Positions 13,806 to 27,835 of a stretch of 64,000 nucleotides of DNA are shown one piece after another. The stretch comes from Mytilus edulis. Its lineage: Eukaryota. How positions within the stretch are numbered: position 1 is the stretch's first letter; each line of letters begins with the position of its first letter. Where the stretch lies: assembly GCF_963676685.1 (NCBI RefSeq), contig NC_092351.1:34968001-35032000 (forward strand), given 5' to 3'. The notes below the pieces were generated by a model. That model saw only the letters and a program-made list of their open reading frames with translations, was not told where the DNA came from and ran no database searches. The translations under genes were made by a program, and so were the position numbers.

Positions 13806-14673
13806 GTCTAAACATGTTTTAGAGTCTATTCTAAATTGCTGTCGGAGTTAGATAATATATTTACAATAGTCATGATCAGATCAAAATTATCGATCTTGAC
13901 TTTCTTCTTTCTTTTTATAAAAAAGTTACTTACATGTCGAAGTAGTAAACATGTCTAACATTGTGTTTGATTTTCTCAGACGTTGTTGTCAATATAATGA
14001 ACTTCAATGCGACTTTCATAAAAATATGAGGTTAATCTCTCTATAAAACCAGGTTTAGTTCACAATTTTCTACATAAGGAAATGCCGATACCATGTAAGA
14101 AATATGACTATTGTTTTCGACGCGTTATATATGTTTGAGCTTTTGATTCAGCCAATTGAAAGGAATATTCGCTTTTGAATTGTTTGGGAATTGATATTCT
14201 TTTTATTCCTTTTTTTTAAATATACATCATTAAATAAAACTGATTTATACAGGACAAAAATGAAAGGGAATTATTTATAAAAAAAATCGAACAATACTCA
14301 TTATTATTAGTTATAGAAGGCCGACGATGATAAGGTCAAAGACTAAAAAATGAAATACAAATAGAGAATCGTCCACTCCCGGAACCATTTGTTTTGATTT
14401 GATTTGTCCGTGTGTAACTCAAATACTTAACTTAAGATATTACAATTATTTCTGTGGAAATATTTTATAGATTTAATATCATTAAAGAGGCACATTCAAA
14501 TTCATTACTAGAAATTGAGCCGTCAAATAACCTCAGAATAATAAATGGTGTTATCAATCTAATCTAATTTAGACAGAACGTTTTGCATTACTATGATTCA
14601 TACCAACACAGGAACAATCCAATATTAAAGTAGCAGAATTCATCCCCATAAGAAAACAAACAGCCAGTTGATA

Positions 14674-14875
14674 AAACTGAGAATGGAAATGGGGAATGTG
14701 TCATAGAGACAAAAACCCGACCAAATAACGGTCAAACAGCAGAATGTCACCAACAGGTCTGCAATGCAGCGAGAAATTCCCGCACCCGGAGGCGTCCTTC
14801 AGCTGGCCCCTTGACAAATATATATGCTAGTTCAGTGATAATGAACGCCATACTAAACTCCAAATTGTACACAAC
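14674..14875 (+). repeat. Interspersed repeat family B, second copy
   Basis: Aligns to 13518-13720. Confidence 0.8.
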
Positions 14876-15360
14876 ACTTTATTTACAAAACGATAATATA
14901 TTTATGTTGACAAGAACATACATTGTGCTTCATTAGGGTACATAGCATATAATCACCCCCGTCTTTTTAAAGAATTATGTCGAAAGTGTATGACTGATAT
15001 TGTCTAGTATGTTTAACACCTTGCATTATTTAGAGTAAAGTCATTTAATTTTCATATCTCCTGCTTCTCTGGGTTCCTCCACCAATTCACACTAACCCTA
15101 CAATAAAGCCAAGCTTGCTAAAAGTGGCGTTAAACACCAATAATCATTTAATCAATCTGACTATATGCCAGTACAACAGCTGTGTAGATTACATTATTTA
15201 TAATAGAGTACCTGGTTTGTCTATTTGATCCTTGTCCGAGTTTGGTGTATGTAAGGACGTCTGAACCAGTGACAACTCTACACCAGATTTATCAATCGGA
15301 TCACCAGCAATGGTGATACATGGCTGTGTACATTCTGTATATATAAATCGCTTCATTAAG

Positions 15361-15533
15361 CCAATGTGGTCGAGTGGTCTAGCACGCCGGATGCAGTGAA
15401 GGCGATTTGGTGTGACGATATCTCAGTAGCATGAGTTTTAATCCCGGCGAGAGAAGAACAAAAAAATTGCGAAAGCAAATTTTCAGATCTAACATTGTTG
15501 GGCTGATGTTTAGACGAATTGAATATATATATA
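15361..15533 (+). mobile_element. tRNA-derived SINE with (TA)n tail
   Basis: Pol III A-box TGGTCGAGTGG, degenerate B-box GAGTTTTAATCC, shared 3' body (ttgcgaaagcaaattt...aacattgttgggctgatg), TA tail. Confidence 0.75.
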
Positions 15534-15579
15534 CTAGACCACACCTGTGATATCGCGGGTCCGTGACTGAATTAAAGTA

Positions 15580-16483
15580 CAGTAAAACCTGTATAAACCG
15601 GCCGGCTACGGGACTATGAAAAAGGGCCGGTTTGGACAGTGAGCCGGTTTATTCAGGTTTCCGTTTCGACCGGAAGTTAATGACTTGTGACGTCCGACAT
15701 TTTGCATATAAAAGTTCTCTTTGATTGTCAAGAATATCCGATCAATTAAAATACTTTCACTTCGTTTTCCATTGTTTGCATTTGCATCATAATGCTCGCG
15801 TTGTTTGGATTGTGAGACGAGAGTTTCGATTTACTTCCATGATCATTTATTTGAAATGTTGGTTAAAAAGCCAGAATATTATCAAACGTAATTTCACCAC
15901 TATCGAAACGTTGTCGTACAGTGTTCTATACCCATTGAATTGTTGTCATCCGGGTGGTTTTTTTTTTATTATCAAGGTCATTTGTTTAGGGGTTCACAGC
16001 AGGGAACCCAGGGTTTCGACATCACGATGTTAATTTCTTATGCTGCGATTTAAATTTGTTTATCCCAAGTTACAAAACGTAAGTTAAATCCGAGATATAT
16101 TCGGTGTGTCTTGTCGTTTAATTGACACGTTTATAATGTTTTAATAAATAATACAGCTCACTACTGTACGATTGTAAGTTCACTTCACAGTTTAACACCT
16201 TACTAATTGATTATCCTGAAAAGTCATATTGTATAAACAAATATGTTTTGATGGCATATCGATCATTGAAATTAATTAGACATACCGGTTTTGACAGGTA
16301 ATAATTAATGTAATTAAGAGTATTGGGACTTCATAATTAGACCGGAATTCGGAATACACAGGGTCCGGTTTACAAAGGGTATTTTAACAAAGACTTTGAA
16401 GGGAAAAAAATGGGACTTTCATTTTCGGCCGGAATGTACAGGAAACCGGTTTATTCAGGGTCCGGTTTAATCAGGTTTGACTG
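15580..16483. mobile_element. pogo/Tigger-type (Tc1/mariner superfamily) non-autonomous element nested in the Helitron
   Basis: TIRs CAGTAAAACCTG / CAGGTTTGACTG, TA target duplication on both sides, subterminal ccggttt repeats. Confidence 0.85.
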
Positions 16484-16785
16484 TATATAACTATATATAT
16501 GCGTAAGCCTTATTTTAGTATTGGTATTGTCATCTGATAAAGTCATGCCGATTATAAGATGCACAGTTTTCTCTGCTTTCAAAATCTTTCTGTTTGAACC
16601 CGTCAACCTGGAACTTATCAATTATTGGTAATAGTAATGATTTGGAAAACAAAAGGTCATGGAATGGAGTATTTGTTAATCAACATGTATATAGCATTGT
16701 CCTATATTAGTTATAAATAAATCTGAATTCTTTGATTCGCTGTTTTATGTCATGCCCGCTATAAACAAATTGAAAACTGTACCTA

Positions 16786-17508
16786 GTGGAACTAATTTCA
16801 CAGGAAATATGTTCTGGGAGAACTTTTTTCACAGACAATTTCTATATTGTTTGTTCCATTCCTATGAAATAAGTTCCACACTTTACCTAGTGAAATAAGT
16901 TCTGGGTTGGTGAAATTTGTTCCTTACCTAGTGAAATAAGTTCCATGTTTGTGAGATTTGTTCCTTACCTGGTGAAATAAGTTCTGGATTTGTGAGATTT
17001 GTTCCTCACCTGGTGAAATAAGTTCCTTGTCTGTGAAATATGTTCCACTGGTTAAACAAGTTATCTTATATACTGAGCACTTGTCATCAGTGAGTTTAAA
17101 GTCATTATAAAAAAAAACATGTATTATATTGATAATGTAATAAATAAAAAGTGTAAACATCCAATTTTGATTATGTGGAGAAAAGCAGACGTTTAATAAC
17201 ATACTCAATTAATAATAATCGAGCAGAACATTTTCATTGATTTCTATAAAATACATTCGTTCAAAACTAATATCACAGGAACTTATTTCACTTTTTTTCT
17301 TTGTTTTTTTTTAATATTGGAACAAAACTCATTGTGCTGTGATTTTTGTTCCGAAACTTATTTCACACTTGGTTAAAAAATTAGTTCCGGAACAAATTTT
17401 ATAGTGCTGGAACATATTTTCTATGACATAAGTTCCTGTGGAACATATTTCCTATGAAATTTGTTCCGGCGGAACAAATGTCACGCCGGAATTTTTTTTT
17501 TATTACAT
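16786..17508. mobile_element. TIR-type element with subterminal gtgaaataagttcc repeats, one end truncated, nested in the Helitron
   Basis: ggaactaatttcacaggaaatatgttc vs inverted ggaacatatttcctatgaaattttgttcc; tandem GTGAAATAAGTTC motifs 16860-17045. Confidence 0.6.
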
Positions 17509-19788
17509 ATACGCCTTATTTTAAGTCCAGATTTTTAGTATTCGTATTGTCATCTTAGAAAGTCTTACTGATTAAAATACTACAATAGGGAACAATTTGA
17601 CAATGATTGAATTTAGTAGTGTCAACCCTGTGATTATGACCCATGTATATTGCGTTATCCGAAATACCCCGTTTGGTGGTGCGCCTGTCAGATGCGGAAC
17701 GTTCAGATAAGGTAATAGGTAACACGTGAATATACTATTGGTATCGGTATCGGATTCGACCCGGAACTTGTTAATTATTGGCAATATTAATTATGTGGAA
17801 AACGAAAGGGTCTGGAGTGGTGTAACTTTTAATCAACACCATTGTCCTATATTAGCTATATACGAAATTGAATTCTTTAATTTGTCGTTTTACCCCATGA
17901 CGGCTGACAAATTGGACCTCGTTATTTTAGTATTATAGATATACATGTAATAGGTTTATGATGAAATCCAAACATGCAAAGTTCATTTCACATTTATGTA
18001 TATAATTGTGTGGGGGTCTGTGTATAAGAATCCTTTTCGAAAAGCAAATTAAAAACCAAGATTGCTTAAAGAGAGTGATAAGATTACCACATACATAGAT
18101 ATTCTTTGACACTTTATTTTTACAAAAGAAAAATTACAGACTTTTTTTTCACAGAATTATAGTATTAAATAATGGCCATGTTAATGGCCACTTTTTCATA
18201 CTCAAGAAAATCAATTTCCTATTTAAAATTGTCAATAGGGAAATTATGTACGGGACACATTTAAATAATTTAGTATTGTCCATCGACAGTATTTATTATA
18301 AAAAAAATGTCTGTCTGACATTGGACATTATTTCCTAGAGGACATGAATAAATCCAATTAAAACAACTCAACCCACCCAACACATTCTTTAAAATCCTGT
18401 CTAAGGTCAGGAGCCTGTGTTTCAATGGATGCAATTATTATAGTATTATACGTTTAGTCTAAATCAAGCATAGGTAATTATTCTCATTTTATTTTTTGAA
18501 AACATTTGTTCATGTCTGTGCCTCTTATAGCTTGCTGTATTTTTATGGGTTCAATAATCATAGCTGAAGATTGTATGATGACAGAAAGTAGCTGTCATCT
18601 ACATCTGCATGTATTCCTTTCCTCATAAATTTGAATAACACCACATATAAAATCGCAGAAATTAGAATTGTATTGGTAATCACAAAATTTGGTTTAAATA
18701 TGTAGATTCATTTTCGTGGCTGTCAATTTTCATAGATGGGGAAAAAATGGTATAGATGTATTTCCGTGAATATTTGATGTCGGGGTGCTTCTAATTGTAG
18801 AATGCAAGCCTATGAAAAAAATGTATTTCATTGAATGTTTAAATTCTTGTTTAACATTTACCAAAGCAATCAATGAACACTGATATCTCTCGAATAATAT
18901 TATTTCGCAGTGTAAAAGATCTCAAATAAACTAATGCATACATGGGCTGATTATCCTTTAAATATTTTCCGACCCCAGGTATAAATGTAAATATCCATAT
19001 TTGCAATAACTTCTTCGTATTTATTATTTCTATGCATTTGAACTTCATGATTCGTTTGATCTTCAAACTGTTTGAGTACGAGTATTTTGTAATGAAGTAA
19101 CAAAATTTTGACTTAGGATTTTTGATCATCTTTCAAAACCTTTTTTATCTATAAACTAAAGACAAATTAATACATGTCTGTAATGTCTTTCAAAATCAAG
19201 TAATATATTAGATTTAGAGATTTTATAACATTTGGAAAACGTATTCTCAAACTTAATCCGATGAACAATGATTTGTGCAGAATCTGCATAGGTCAATGTT
19301 TAAACTGAAATATTCAAATAAAGAATCTTTCTGATGTGGTCACCATCAGTTTTAGCTTTTGTTATAAAATCAATTCCTTCCGTTTATTTATTTATTTTTT
19401 TCTACGAAAATGTTTTAATACCATGGTCATTCAATTTTTTTTGGAGAACGTTATGTAGAATCAACGTCTGCCACAAATTGCAAATATTTTCTTAGATGAA
19501 TAGCGAATACTAGAAAACGAAAAACCTATATCTTTATTTTAATGTATGTAATAGTAGTTATAGAAGATATTATAAATTTTACGATTGTTATTTCAGGGCC
19601 TTTCATAGCTTACGATGTGGTACGGGTTTCACTCATTGTTGAAGTCCGTACATTGATCTAAATGGATAATCTATGTGACGTCTGGTCTATTTTGGAGTGT
19701 TGTTTTCTTTTGGCATTCATATCACATCTTCTAATTCATATATATATAAAAGTATGAATTTGAAGTATAAATTGCTTCTTTTTACAAG

Positions 19789-20249
19789 TTATGTCGGTAG
19801 TGTTTTTTATAACCAATCTGGTGCTGCAGCAGAATATGTGTGACTACCTCCAGACCCTGATTTTTTCTAGAACAAGTGGTGGTGATTATAGTCGAATGTA
19901 TGGCGCAGAATTTCAATCAAATTTCTTTGCAAGTAATGCTGATAATGAAGATGTTCCGTGTGCCTTGTGTAGACCAAATCTTTCGGCATCTATAATTATG
20001 ATTCCTAGAAAACAAAATTGATACTCTGGATAGAAATTGGAATTCCACGGTAACCTTGCATCTGGATACTATAATCATAAAGCAGCTAGCTCTTTTGTGT
20101 GTGATGATATTAACCCAGAATATATAATAGGAGGATTAGCTGCGAATAACGGCAAATTATTTTATGAAGTTCTTGCTAAATGTGGATCCCTGAAATGCCC
20201 TCCATATATGCCAAATTATCCTGTCATCTGTGTGGTTTGCACAAACTAA
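19789..20249 (+). pseudogene. Short-chain collagen C4-like (spongin-related NC1-type domain) terminal exon, pseudogenised
   Basis: YVGSVFYNQSGAAAEYV*LPPDP, YGAEFQ, DVPCALC, MIP, EFHGNLAS, FYEV...CGSLKCPPY...ICVVCT; stops where Cys/Trp are expected (19841, 20019, 20031) and a frameshift at the T-run ~19861. Confidence 0.8.
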
Positions 20250-20504
20250 AGAAAATGCTGTGCAAATGATCTTAAGTTTTTGTTTTATTACCAACGATTA
20301 TATTTATGGTACAAACGTGTCTGTCAAAATAATCAAAGTACTAGTAATTATTAAGCATTATTGGTATTATTATAATTATAATCAACATTAAAATCTAAAT
20401 TTTCCTCATGATAAATAAAACATACTAACATACTTTTCAACAAATTGTTTTCAATGTCGATGAAAAATAACGTTACTTTAGAAGAAAACAACAGTATACG
20501 ATTA

Positions 20505-21180
20505 CCCTCTTGCCGACTTGTTTCTTTGTTATTAGTGCCACTCTTCATTCCGACTTGTTTATTTATTAATATGAGTGACTTCATATAGGAACTTCTTAAG
20601 AAGAAAGATAAGAAATTAGCAATATCCTTAAACTTGACGTTCCGCTATATAGATGATGTTCTCTCACTACATAATACAAACTTTGGTGACTATGTTGAAC
20701 GAATCTATCCCGTCGAACTAGAGATAAAGAATACTGCAGATAAAATTGAGTCTGCCTCATATCTTGACTAGCATCTAGAAATTGGCAATGAGGGTTGGTT
20801 GGATACAAAACTTTACGACTAAAGAGATGATTTCAGCTTCCCAATTGTGGACTTTCTTTTTATTAAACTAAGAGTTCCAAATGGTGAAGTTGAAATCCTC
20901 CCTTCGTAAATTTTACGGACGCCATCACGAGTTGTTTGACCGTTATGGAATAACCATTTCACAGATGATATCTAATATGTTCCTTATGTCGATACTACAA
21001 TCCCCTTCCCTTTACACGAATGTGACCTACCGAATAAGACTTTTTACCGGATTTGTAATAACATAAGCAGCACGACGGGTGACAGATGTGGAACAAGATC
21101 TGCGTACCCTACCGGAGCACCCACGATCAATCCTAATTTTTGGTAGGGTTCGTGTTGCTTAGTCTTTAGTTTTTTTTATC
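20505..21180 (+). mobile_element. Penelope-like element fragment (RT C-terminal part + 3' region), internally deleted
   Basis: FRYIDDVLSL, KLYD.RDDFSF, KLKSSLRKFYGRHHEL; matches 55280-56040. Confidence 0.85.
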
Positions 21181-23111
21181 TTGTGTCCCTCTTTTACAGC
21201 ATAATTTCAAAACAATTAAACCATCTTTGTTAGTGAAAAACTAACATTAATATCGTCATATACAAAAAATAAGAATTAAAAGACAGATAAGATGATCAGG
21301 AACTATTATTGTATTTAAAGACAAATAGGTTAACAGGACAAATGACATTCGTAAGTGTTAATATGTTTAAAACAAAAACAAAAACAAAAGACAAACAATA
21401 TTGAAAAAAGTAATATGGTTCATATCAACTTGCACTGTTTCATCCGTTATATCGTCTGTGTTCATATGCTCGTGTCATCACGTTTAAGTTTCAAGGTGTA
21501 TCGATATTACATGTGAACTTATTAGGTTTAAGTAGTAATTGAAGAGAGGATAACAGCCAAAAGCCGCCAACGGGTCTTCAACACAGCGAAAAAAATACAC
21601 ATCCTTACTACACTAATGTATAGGGTTTTTAGAAGAAGAAGAAAAGAAAAACATTAGTTTTGACGAGAAATCATAGCATCAAACCATTATGATGAGATTT
21701 ATATATTTTGTAAAATAGCTTACTGTGTCCTTTTCAAGCATATATTAAATTGAAAAAAAGTATGTGCGCCGCTAACAACTGCTTAACTGTATTTGATAAG
21801 ATTATGTCAATTGTCATGATACAGCTTCTCTTCGAGTATTTTGTTGTGACTTTGATTCGCACATATTTACACAAACAAATACTTCTTAAAACCTTCGTTG
21901 CTTTTTGATTTTAAGTCAAGAACTCGGCACTCGATCTTCACTGAATTGTTCAGAGATCGATGTAGAAGACTAGCACACCACTTTATAGCAAACGGATGAT
22001 ATTGTAGAAGATGGACAAAACAATACAAAATATCTAAGCAATTTTCACGTTTTTAACGGTTTTGGCAACAAAACTTCCGATAAGGTAATATCAGAAACTT
22101 AACACTTTTAAAAAAAGTACACTAAAGAAATTAAATGGCGAATGTATCAACTTCTGGTTAGATTTTGGATCAGATTGTGTTGGGATGGTATGTTACATAA
22201 AAGAAAGCTTGATTGAGAATGAAATTATTGGGATAGAAGAATATGACAAAAAAGGAAAGGTATTGTACCAATTCAGATTTGCGTCGAATCCAATAATGTT
22301 CTACTTTAAAATATCGCTCTCTTGCTATTCTGACTTATATATAACAGCGTTTAAGAAACTACTTAATGTAATGTATCAGTAGATCTGATATGTTCCTTAA
22401 AGCGGGTTTTATATGTCTTACAGATTTTGTTTAAAAATTTGTTGTAGGTCAACAATTCTCATGCAAACTGGTTTCCACAGATTGATAGTTATCTTTACTC
22501 AGAAAACGTGAATACCATAATCTCAACAAAGGATTGCACACGATGTGTTTCACTTATGACAAGGTTTATCAAAAACAGATCTTACTAACAACTTAATGGT
22601 CATGCAAAACAGTGAAACAAATAATAAAAAATAAAGAACTGGTACATGTAATGTAATCATGAGACAATCTTGCTTTTTTAAACATGAATGAAAGATGTCA
22701 TTGGGAGACCGTTCTCTATGAAAGGAGCATAGAAAGGTAATTCTAACACCTTGATGGGGATGATCTGTTGAATCTTATAGCGCGTGTTGGTAGATATAAG
22801 AGTGGTAGTTTTAAAATTGAAGAATAAATTCAATGTAATATAATTGTTACTTAAAACTTTAAGCAGATACAGATATCATTTAAAAGTTAATCTTTTGGGT
22901 TATTTCAAAATCAGTACGAGACTTTTTGGCTAAAAATCGTTTCTTTTACTTTTTTTTGAAGATATCTTTTAATTAAAGTAAAAACTTTAAGTAATTTGCC
23001 CAAATATCAACATTTTGGAACGGCACCTTTGATAACTTGATTTGTATATCACAACAGCAAATAATTAACACTCTTTTGTTTCGATATTAAATTGTCACGG
23101 TAGGATTTAAT

Positions 23112-23800
23112 CCCAATAGCAACATCCCAGCTGCACCAGCATAGGTAGTATATGTGTCTCAAGTGATACGTTACTCTAGAGTTTGCTCAAAGTACGTTGA
23201 TTTTTTTGAACGAGGAATACTGCTTTCTCAAAAGTTGCTAAGACAGGGCTATGAATCAATCAAGTTAAGGTCATCAATCAAGAAATTTTACGGTCGCCAT
23301 CATGAGCTGATTGGCAATTATGACATAAGTGTGTCAGATATCATATCTGATATTCTTCCTCAGTCATAATAATCTCTATCATTACCAAACTGATCAAAGA
23401 AATCACACGACGGGTGTCGTATACGGTGCACGAAATGCTTACCCTTCCGGACCTCATTTCTCTCTCGGTTTTTAATGGAGTTCGTGTTGGTTCTTATTGA
23501 TTATTTATAACTGTTGACGGGTTCCACATGTGGAGCAGGATCTGCTTACCATTCCGAAACACCTGAGATCACCCTAGGTTTTGGTGGGGTTCGTGTTGTT
23601 TATTCTTTAGTTTTCTATGCTGTGTCATTTGTACTAGTGTTTGTCTGTTTGTCCTTGTCATGTTTAGTCATGGCGTTGTCAGTTTAGTTTGACTGTCCCT
23701 TTGGTATCTTTCGTCCCTCCTTGATGTAAATGTCCTTTGGTTTTATGAGTCTTTGTTTACTCCTTGGTTTTGATTGTTATTGTCTTAATTCTAATTCAGT
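23112..23800 (+). mobile_element. Penelope-like 3' fragment of a second subfamily with a nested 3' piece of the first subfamily (23518-23720)
   Basis: SNIPAAPA, SQVIRYSRVC...FFERG..L...LLRQGY, KKFYGRHHEL. Confidence 0.8.
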
Positions 23801-26745
23801 CAAACAGCAACAAAATCAGTACACAACCAAATTAATTATTCTAACCTATACATTTTATAGTAAATATTATATTATTTAGTAAGCAAGCATATTATGGAAG
23901 CGTTATGTAATACTTTCGACTGTATCTGATTGAATCCATTGATAATTAATTTAATGTGGTTACATGCTAGTGTTAAATTATTCTTATATATTAGTGCATA
24001 TCTACAAATACTTGAAATGGATTTGTCTGTCATGTTGTTTTCACTTGACTCACACTTCGATAGACTATGCTGCTTCTTAGTAGGCTTCATTCTAGAGAGA
24101 CATTAGAAAAAGTGATGTCTTTCTTTAATTTGCTTGAGTATAAGAGTTATTTTAAATTCATTTAAAGCAATTGTATTGGGTTTTTTACTGTTAAACGGGA
24201 GATAACAAAAAGGAAATCAAGTTTTCAATTTTTCGTCACGTAATGATGTTGTATAGGACATCTTGATAATGTACATATGTAAAACTAAAACAATGTATAA
24301 TTCCAAATTGGTAGTAAACATTTAACTCAGAAGAGCATTAGTTAACAAAATAAGCTATAAACACACTAAGATGGTATATATTCTATATACTCAAACTATT
24401 CTTTTTTCTGGAATGCAGCTGAGAACAACATGCAACTTTTCCATTATAAGTAGACTAAAACATCTACAATTCAAAAGTGGTAGCATTAGTCAGAAGAGCA
24501 TTAGTAAGGTAATCATATGTTTGATAAAGGAACACAAACACATCCAATATCCGACTTTTCTGAAAAACATGATTTTGATAATAACAAATTATTACATTAA
24601 TAAATATTTAAACTTACAACATTGAATACACGCTACATATTGCCTGAATGTGATACATAAACACAAATTAAAGGAAAGCCAAAAGGACATTTTTTTTAAA
24701 TTATAATGTAACATCATGTAAAGATTGTTTACACTAAAACTATTATTGTTAGTTTTTCTTAGTCATATCGCCTCTAATTCTTCCATTAGCAGTTTTACTC
24801 TGATGTCATGTTATGCTCTATAATTAACATATATCTTGAAAAAATTGAAAAGCTGTTTCGTGAAGCAAGGTATAATTATGTAATAGTATAATATTGTAAA
24901 CTATTATAGTAGACAATGTATGTATCGTATAAATAAATCATATAAATATGTAAAAACTCATCCTCGATGATGCATGTGTACTCGACATAAACTAAATGAA
25001 AATACTTAATATTTGTTTCTTTGACCAAAACACGTCTCTTTAAACAAATGTTGACAGTAATATTTTTTTTCTGTATATGAAAAAAGAACATAAGAAATGT
25101 GATGAACACTGAATAACCTGCGTAGCTCGTTATTTAAAAAGGCGAACCACATTTTTATGTTTTTTCGACTAGACAGAAAAAATATTAAGGTCACTCCTTA
25201 AAATTTATTGCTAAAGAGGATGACATAATGATAAACATATTGATGAGGTCGCGGTCACAAAACTAAATCATGGCTGAGCTGAAGCAAAACACTTTCAGCC
25301 AATCAAAAGACGTGTTACATCCAAAATTAAATTATATTCACATAACAGAAGACGCTCCCACTCGTTTCGCTCATGTTTGTACAAACCCGGTAATACATCT
25401 ACATAATTCGGTAGGTCAAATTTGTGATAAGGGAACGGGTTTATAGTAGTAGGCCGTTAGATGGCCCATAGCTGTTATTTTCTGTTTCTGTTTCATTGTT
25501 GTCTCTGGGGGAGAGATGTCTCAAGTGAAATCATACAACATCTTTTTTTTAATACATATCTGTTATCATCATTTTTCGTTACGGTCAACAAACTCATATG
25601 GTTCATGGTACGACTTATGAACATAAGCAAAAACCCATACATAGTAATAAGCAATAAAAATGTATATTTCATTGTACGATGGCAAAATACTGCTTAATAA
25701 GTAAAACAAAGTTCGCATCGACAGGACAAAATCAGACAAATTCAAATGAGAAATCCACCGGCCTGATATATTTGAAAACAAAAAAAATATGACATAAAGC
25801 AATACGGGACTGCATTACAGGCTCCGGTCTTAGACCAGACACGCATAGATATTTGCCTACTTACAAACTGGCACGGTGACCAATCGGGCCACAATCAACA
25901 AAAGAGAGTAAACATGATAACTTTAAATTCGTATAAAGCTCGTTTGTGTTTGCATACTTTAACTCAACAAGTAGAAGAATACTGACGAACATTATTTGTC
26001 TGTACATGGTTTACACTTGGAAAAATATGAACAGCTGTGCTACTACAGAAGATAAGTCTACTTACATATACATTATTGTAGTTTCATTTACTATACTAAG
26101 GTCAATCTATGTGAGTATTAAAGAAGGTATAGTGTATCAATATAATTTACATAATTATATATGTATGAATATGTAACAAACCTACAAATATCTTAATCTG
26201 TGTTTACATGGAAATGTTATATCAAATGTAAGCCGTTGTATGTGGGCATGCTTTCGTATTTGCAATAGGGTTTTTTGTTTCTAGGTTATTACAATGTTGC
26301 CAACTGTAACGGCTTATAATATATGAGATAGATCAAAACAATATGAACCACTTGGCAGAGCTCTTCTCCTGTAATCTTTCCTTGTTTGTAACGGTCCCGA
26401 ATGCTACTAATAATCATACAATTTGATGCAACTTTTGACGGTGGAAATGTTGATGGTTACGGAGTAGAGATATATTTAAATATGTTTAAAACTTTAAGTT
26501 GGTTTTTTTCCGATGCAAAATATTTATCCCGATGTTTCGTTGTCGGTCTATGAATATAGACAATGCAATTTCCCATCGATACTCCCTTTATACTTTGAAC
26601 TGTGCTAGTTGTAGTATAAAGTGTCGTAAAAATATAATATCATAGAATGGAAAGTTGATGTGCACTTCTTTTCTATTTAAAGCATAAAGCGGTGCGGCAT
26701 AATTTCAACATGTATTTGTCCCGAACTTCTAAGAATTCAAACTTA

Positions 26746-26936
26746 CTGTAGATTCGTTATTATTCGTTGGATACCCATTTTCGTAGATTTCGTTGGTACA
26801 AGTGAAGCACGAATGACAAATTTTATATAGACTTGTACGCATAGTTTCACAAAACCACGAAATTGAATATCCACGAATTTGCAAGTTTTCCTTAATCCAA
26901 GATAATTGATACCACTGAAAATAAATGAATCAACAG
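26746..26936. mobile_element. Tc1/mariner-type MITE
   Basis: TA|CTGTAGATTC ... GAATCAACAG|TA; decayed relatives ~18700-18890 and ~63078-63225. Confidence 0.7.
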
Positions 26937-27011
26937 TATTCTAAAATTCTGCACTACCCCTTCAATCACTTTGGGTCTTCCTCAGAATTCAGTGTTACCG
27001 CTACCATATAC

Positions 27012-27232
27012 AGATATAGGAAGATGTGGTATTAGTGCCAATGAGACAACTCTCCTTCCAAATAACAATTTATAAAAATAAACCATTAAAAGTCAAGGTA
27101 AGGCCTTCAACACAGAGCTTTGGCTCACATCGAACAGCAAGCTATAAAGGGCCCTAAAATTTAGTAATGTAAAACCATTCAAACGGGATAACCAACGGTC
27201 TAATCTATATAAGAACGAGAAACTAGAAACAT
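27012..27232 (+). repeat. Interspersed repeat family C (ggaagatgtggt...gccaatgagacaactctcc...)
   Basis: Copies at ~37550-38050 (-), 59115-59288 (+), ~28200-28290 (-), ~11345-11530 (+). Confidence 0.8.
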
Positions 27233-27289
27233 ATGCCTCTATACTGGTAACATCCCCTAATTAGTCTCTATGAGATGAAACATGCTCAT

Positions 27290-27835
27290 TGCCATCTGTG
27301 ACACAGGTATACCGGACTGTCAAACAACTCGTGATGGCGTCATTAAAATTTACGAAGTTGATTTCAAATTCAACAGTTGGATACTTGGTTCAACAGTTTC
27401 CTAGTAAAAACAACTGGTTTTGAACGAAAATCATAATAGAAAATGCAAGCCGTGTAATGTCATTTCTACTGGCATGGTGAATATAAACTCAAACAGGTGC
27501 TGCTTAAATGTTGTCACAATGAGGAGGCTGAAATCATATGTTTTATAATAAAGGCTTTTTCTTGACTGACCTTAAATGTTACTTTCTGGAGTAGGTAAAA
27601 ATATGATGCATATTGAGCTGTATCTATTGTGTCTTTAATTTTGTTCGATGGGATAAATGTGTTCAACATAGTCACCAACCTTTATTCCATGAAATTGTAT
27701 CATCTATTTAGCTGAACATGAAGCTAAAGGATAACATGGATAATGATTGCTTCTTTTCATTCTTCCTGGAAGCTTCTATATGAAGGCAGCCTCGTATGAA
27801 TGAAAGAACAAGTCGAAAATAAGAAGTGCACTGTT
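27290..27835 (-). mobile_element. Old decayed Penelope-like RT fragment
   Basis: caactcgtgatggcgtc, gatgggataaatg...catagtcacca, aagaacaagtcg: homologous to 40070-40600. Confidence 0.7.

Larger units (their letters stand above)
15534..17939 (-). mobile_element. Non-autonomous Helitron carrying two nested insertions
   Basis: Minus-strand 5' A|TC (tctataatactaaaataacgagg), 3' hairpin acccgcgatatcacaggt then CTAG|T; no TSD; internal repeated blocks (ccttattttagtatt..., ggaactt...aattattgg). Confidence 0.75.

Noticed and set aside
16860-17045. Regularly spaced GTGAAATAAGTTC repeats resembling a CRISPR array
   Set aside because: Eukaryotic context, spacers similar to one another, no cas genes; subterminal repeats of a TIR element
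21915-22830. Exon-like, less AT-rich patches with plausible splice sites
   Set aside because: Frames contain stops and I recognise no protein family; cannot support a gene call without a homology search
23872-26176. Cluster of 60-85 aa ORFs on both strands
   Set aside because: Compositionally AT-driven (I/F/Y/K/N-rich), no motifs or consistent splice structure
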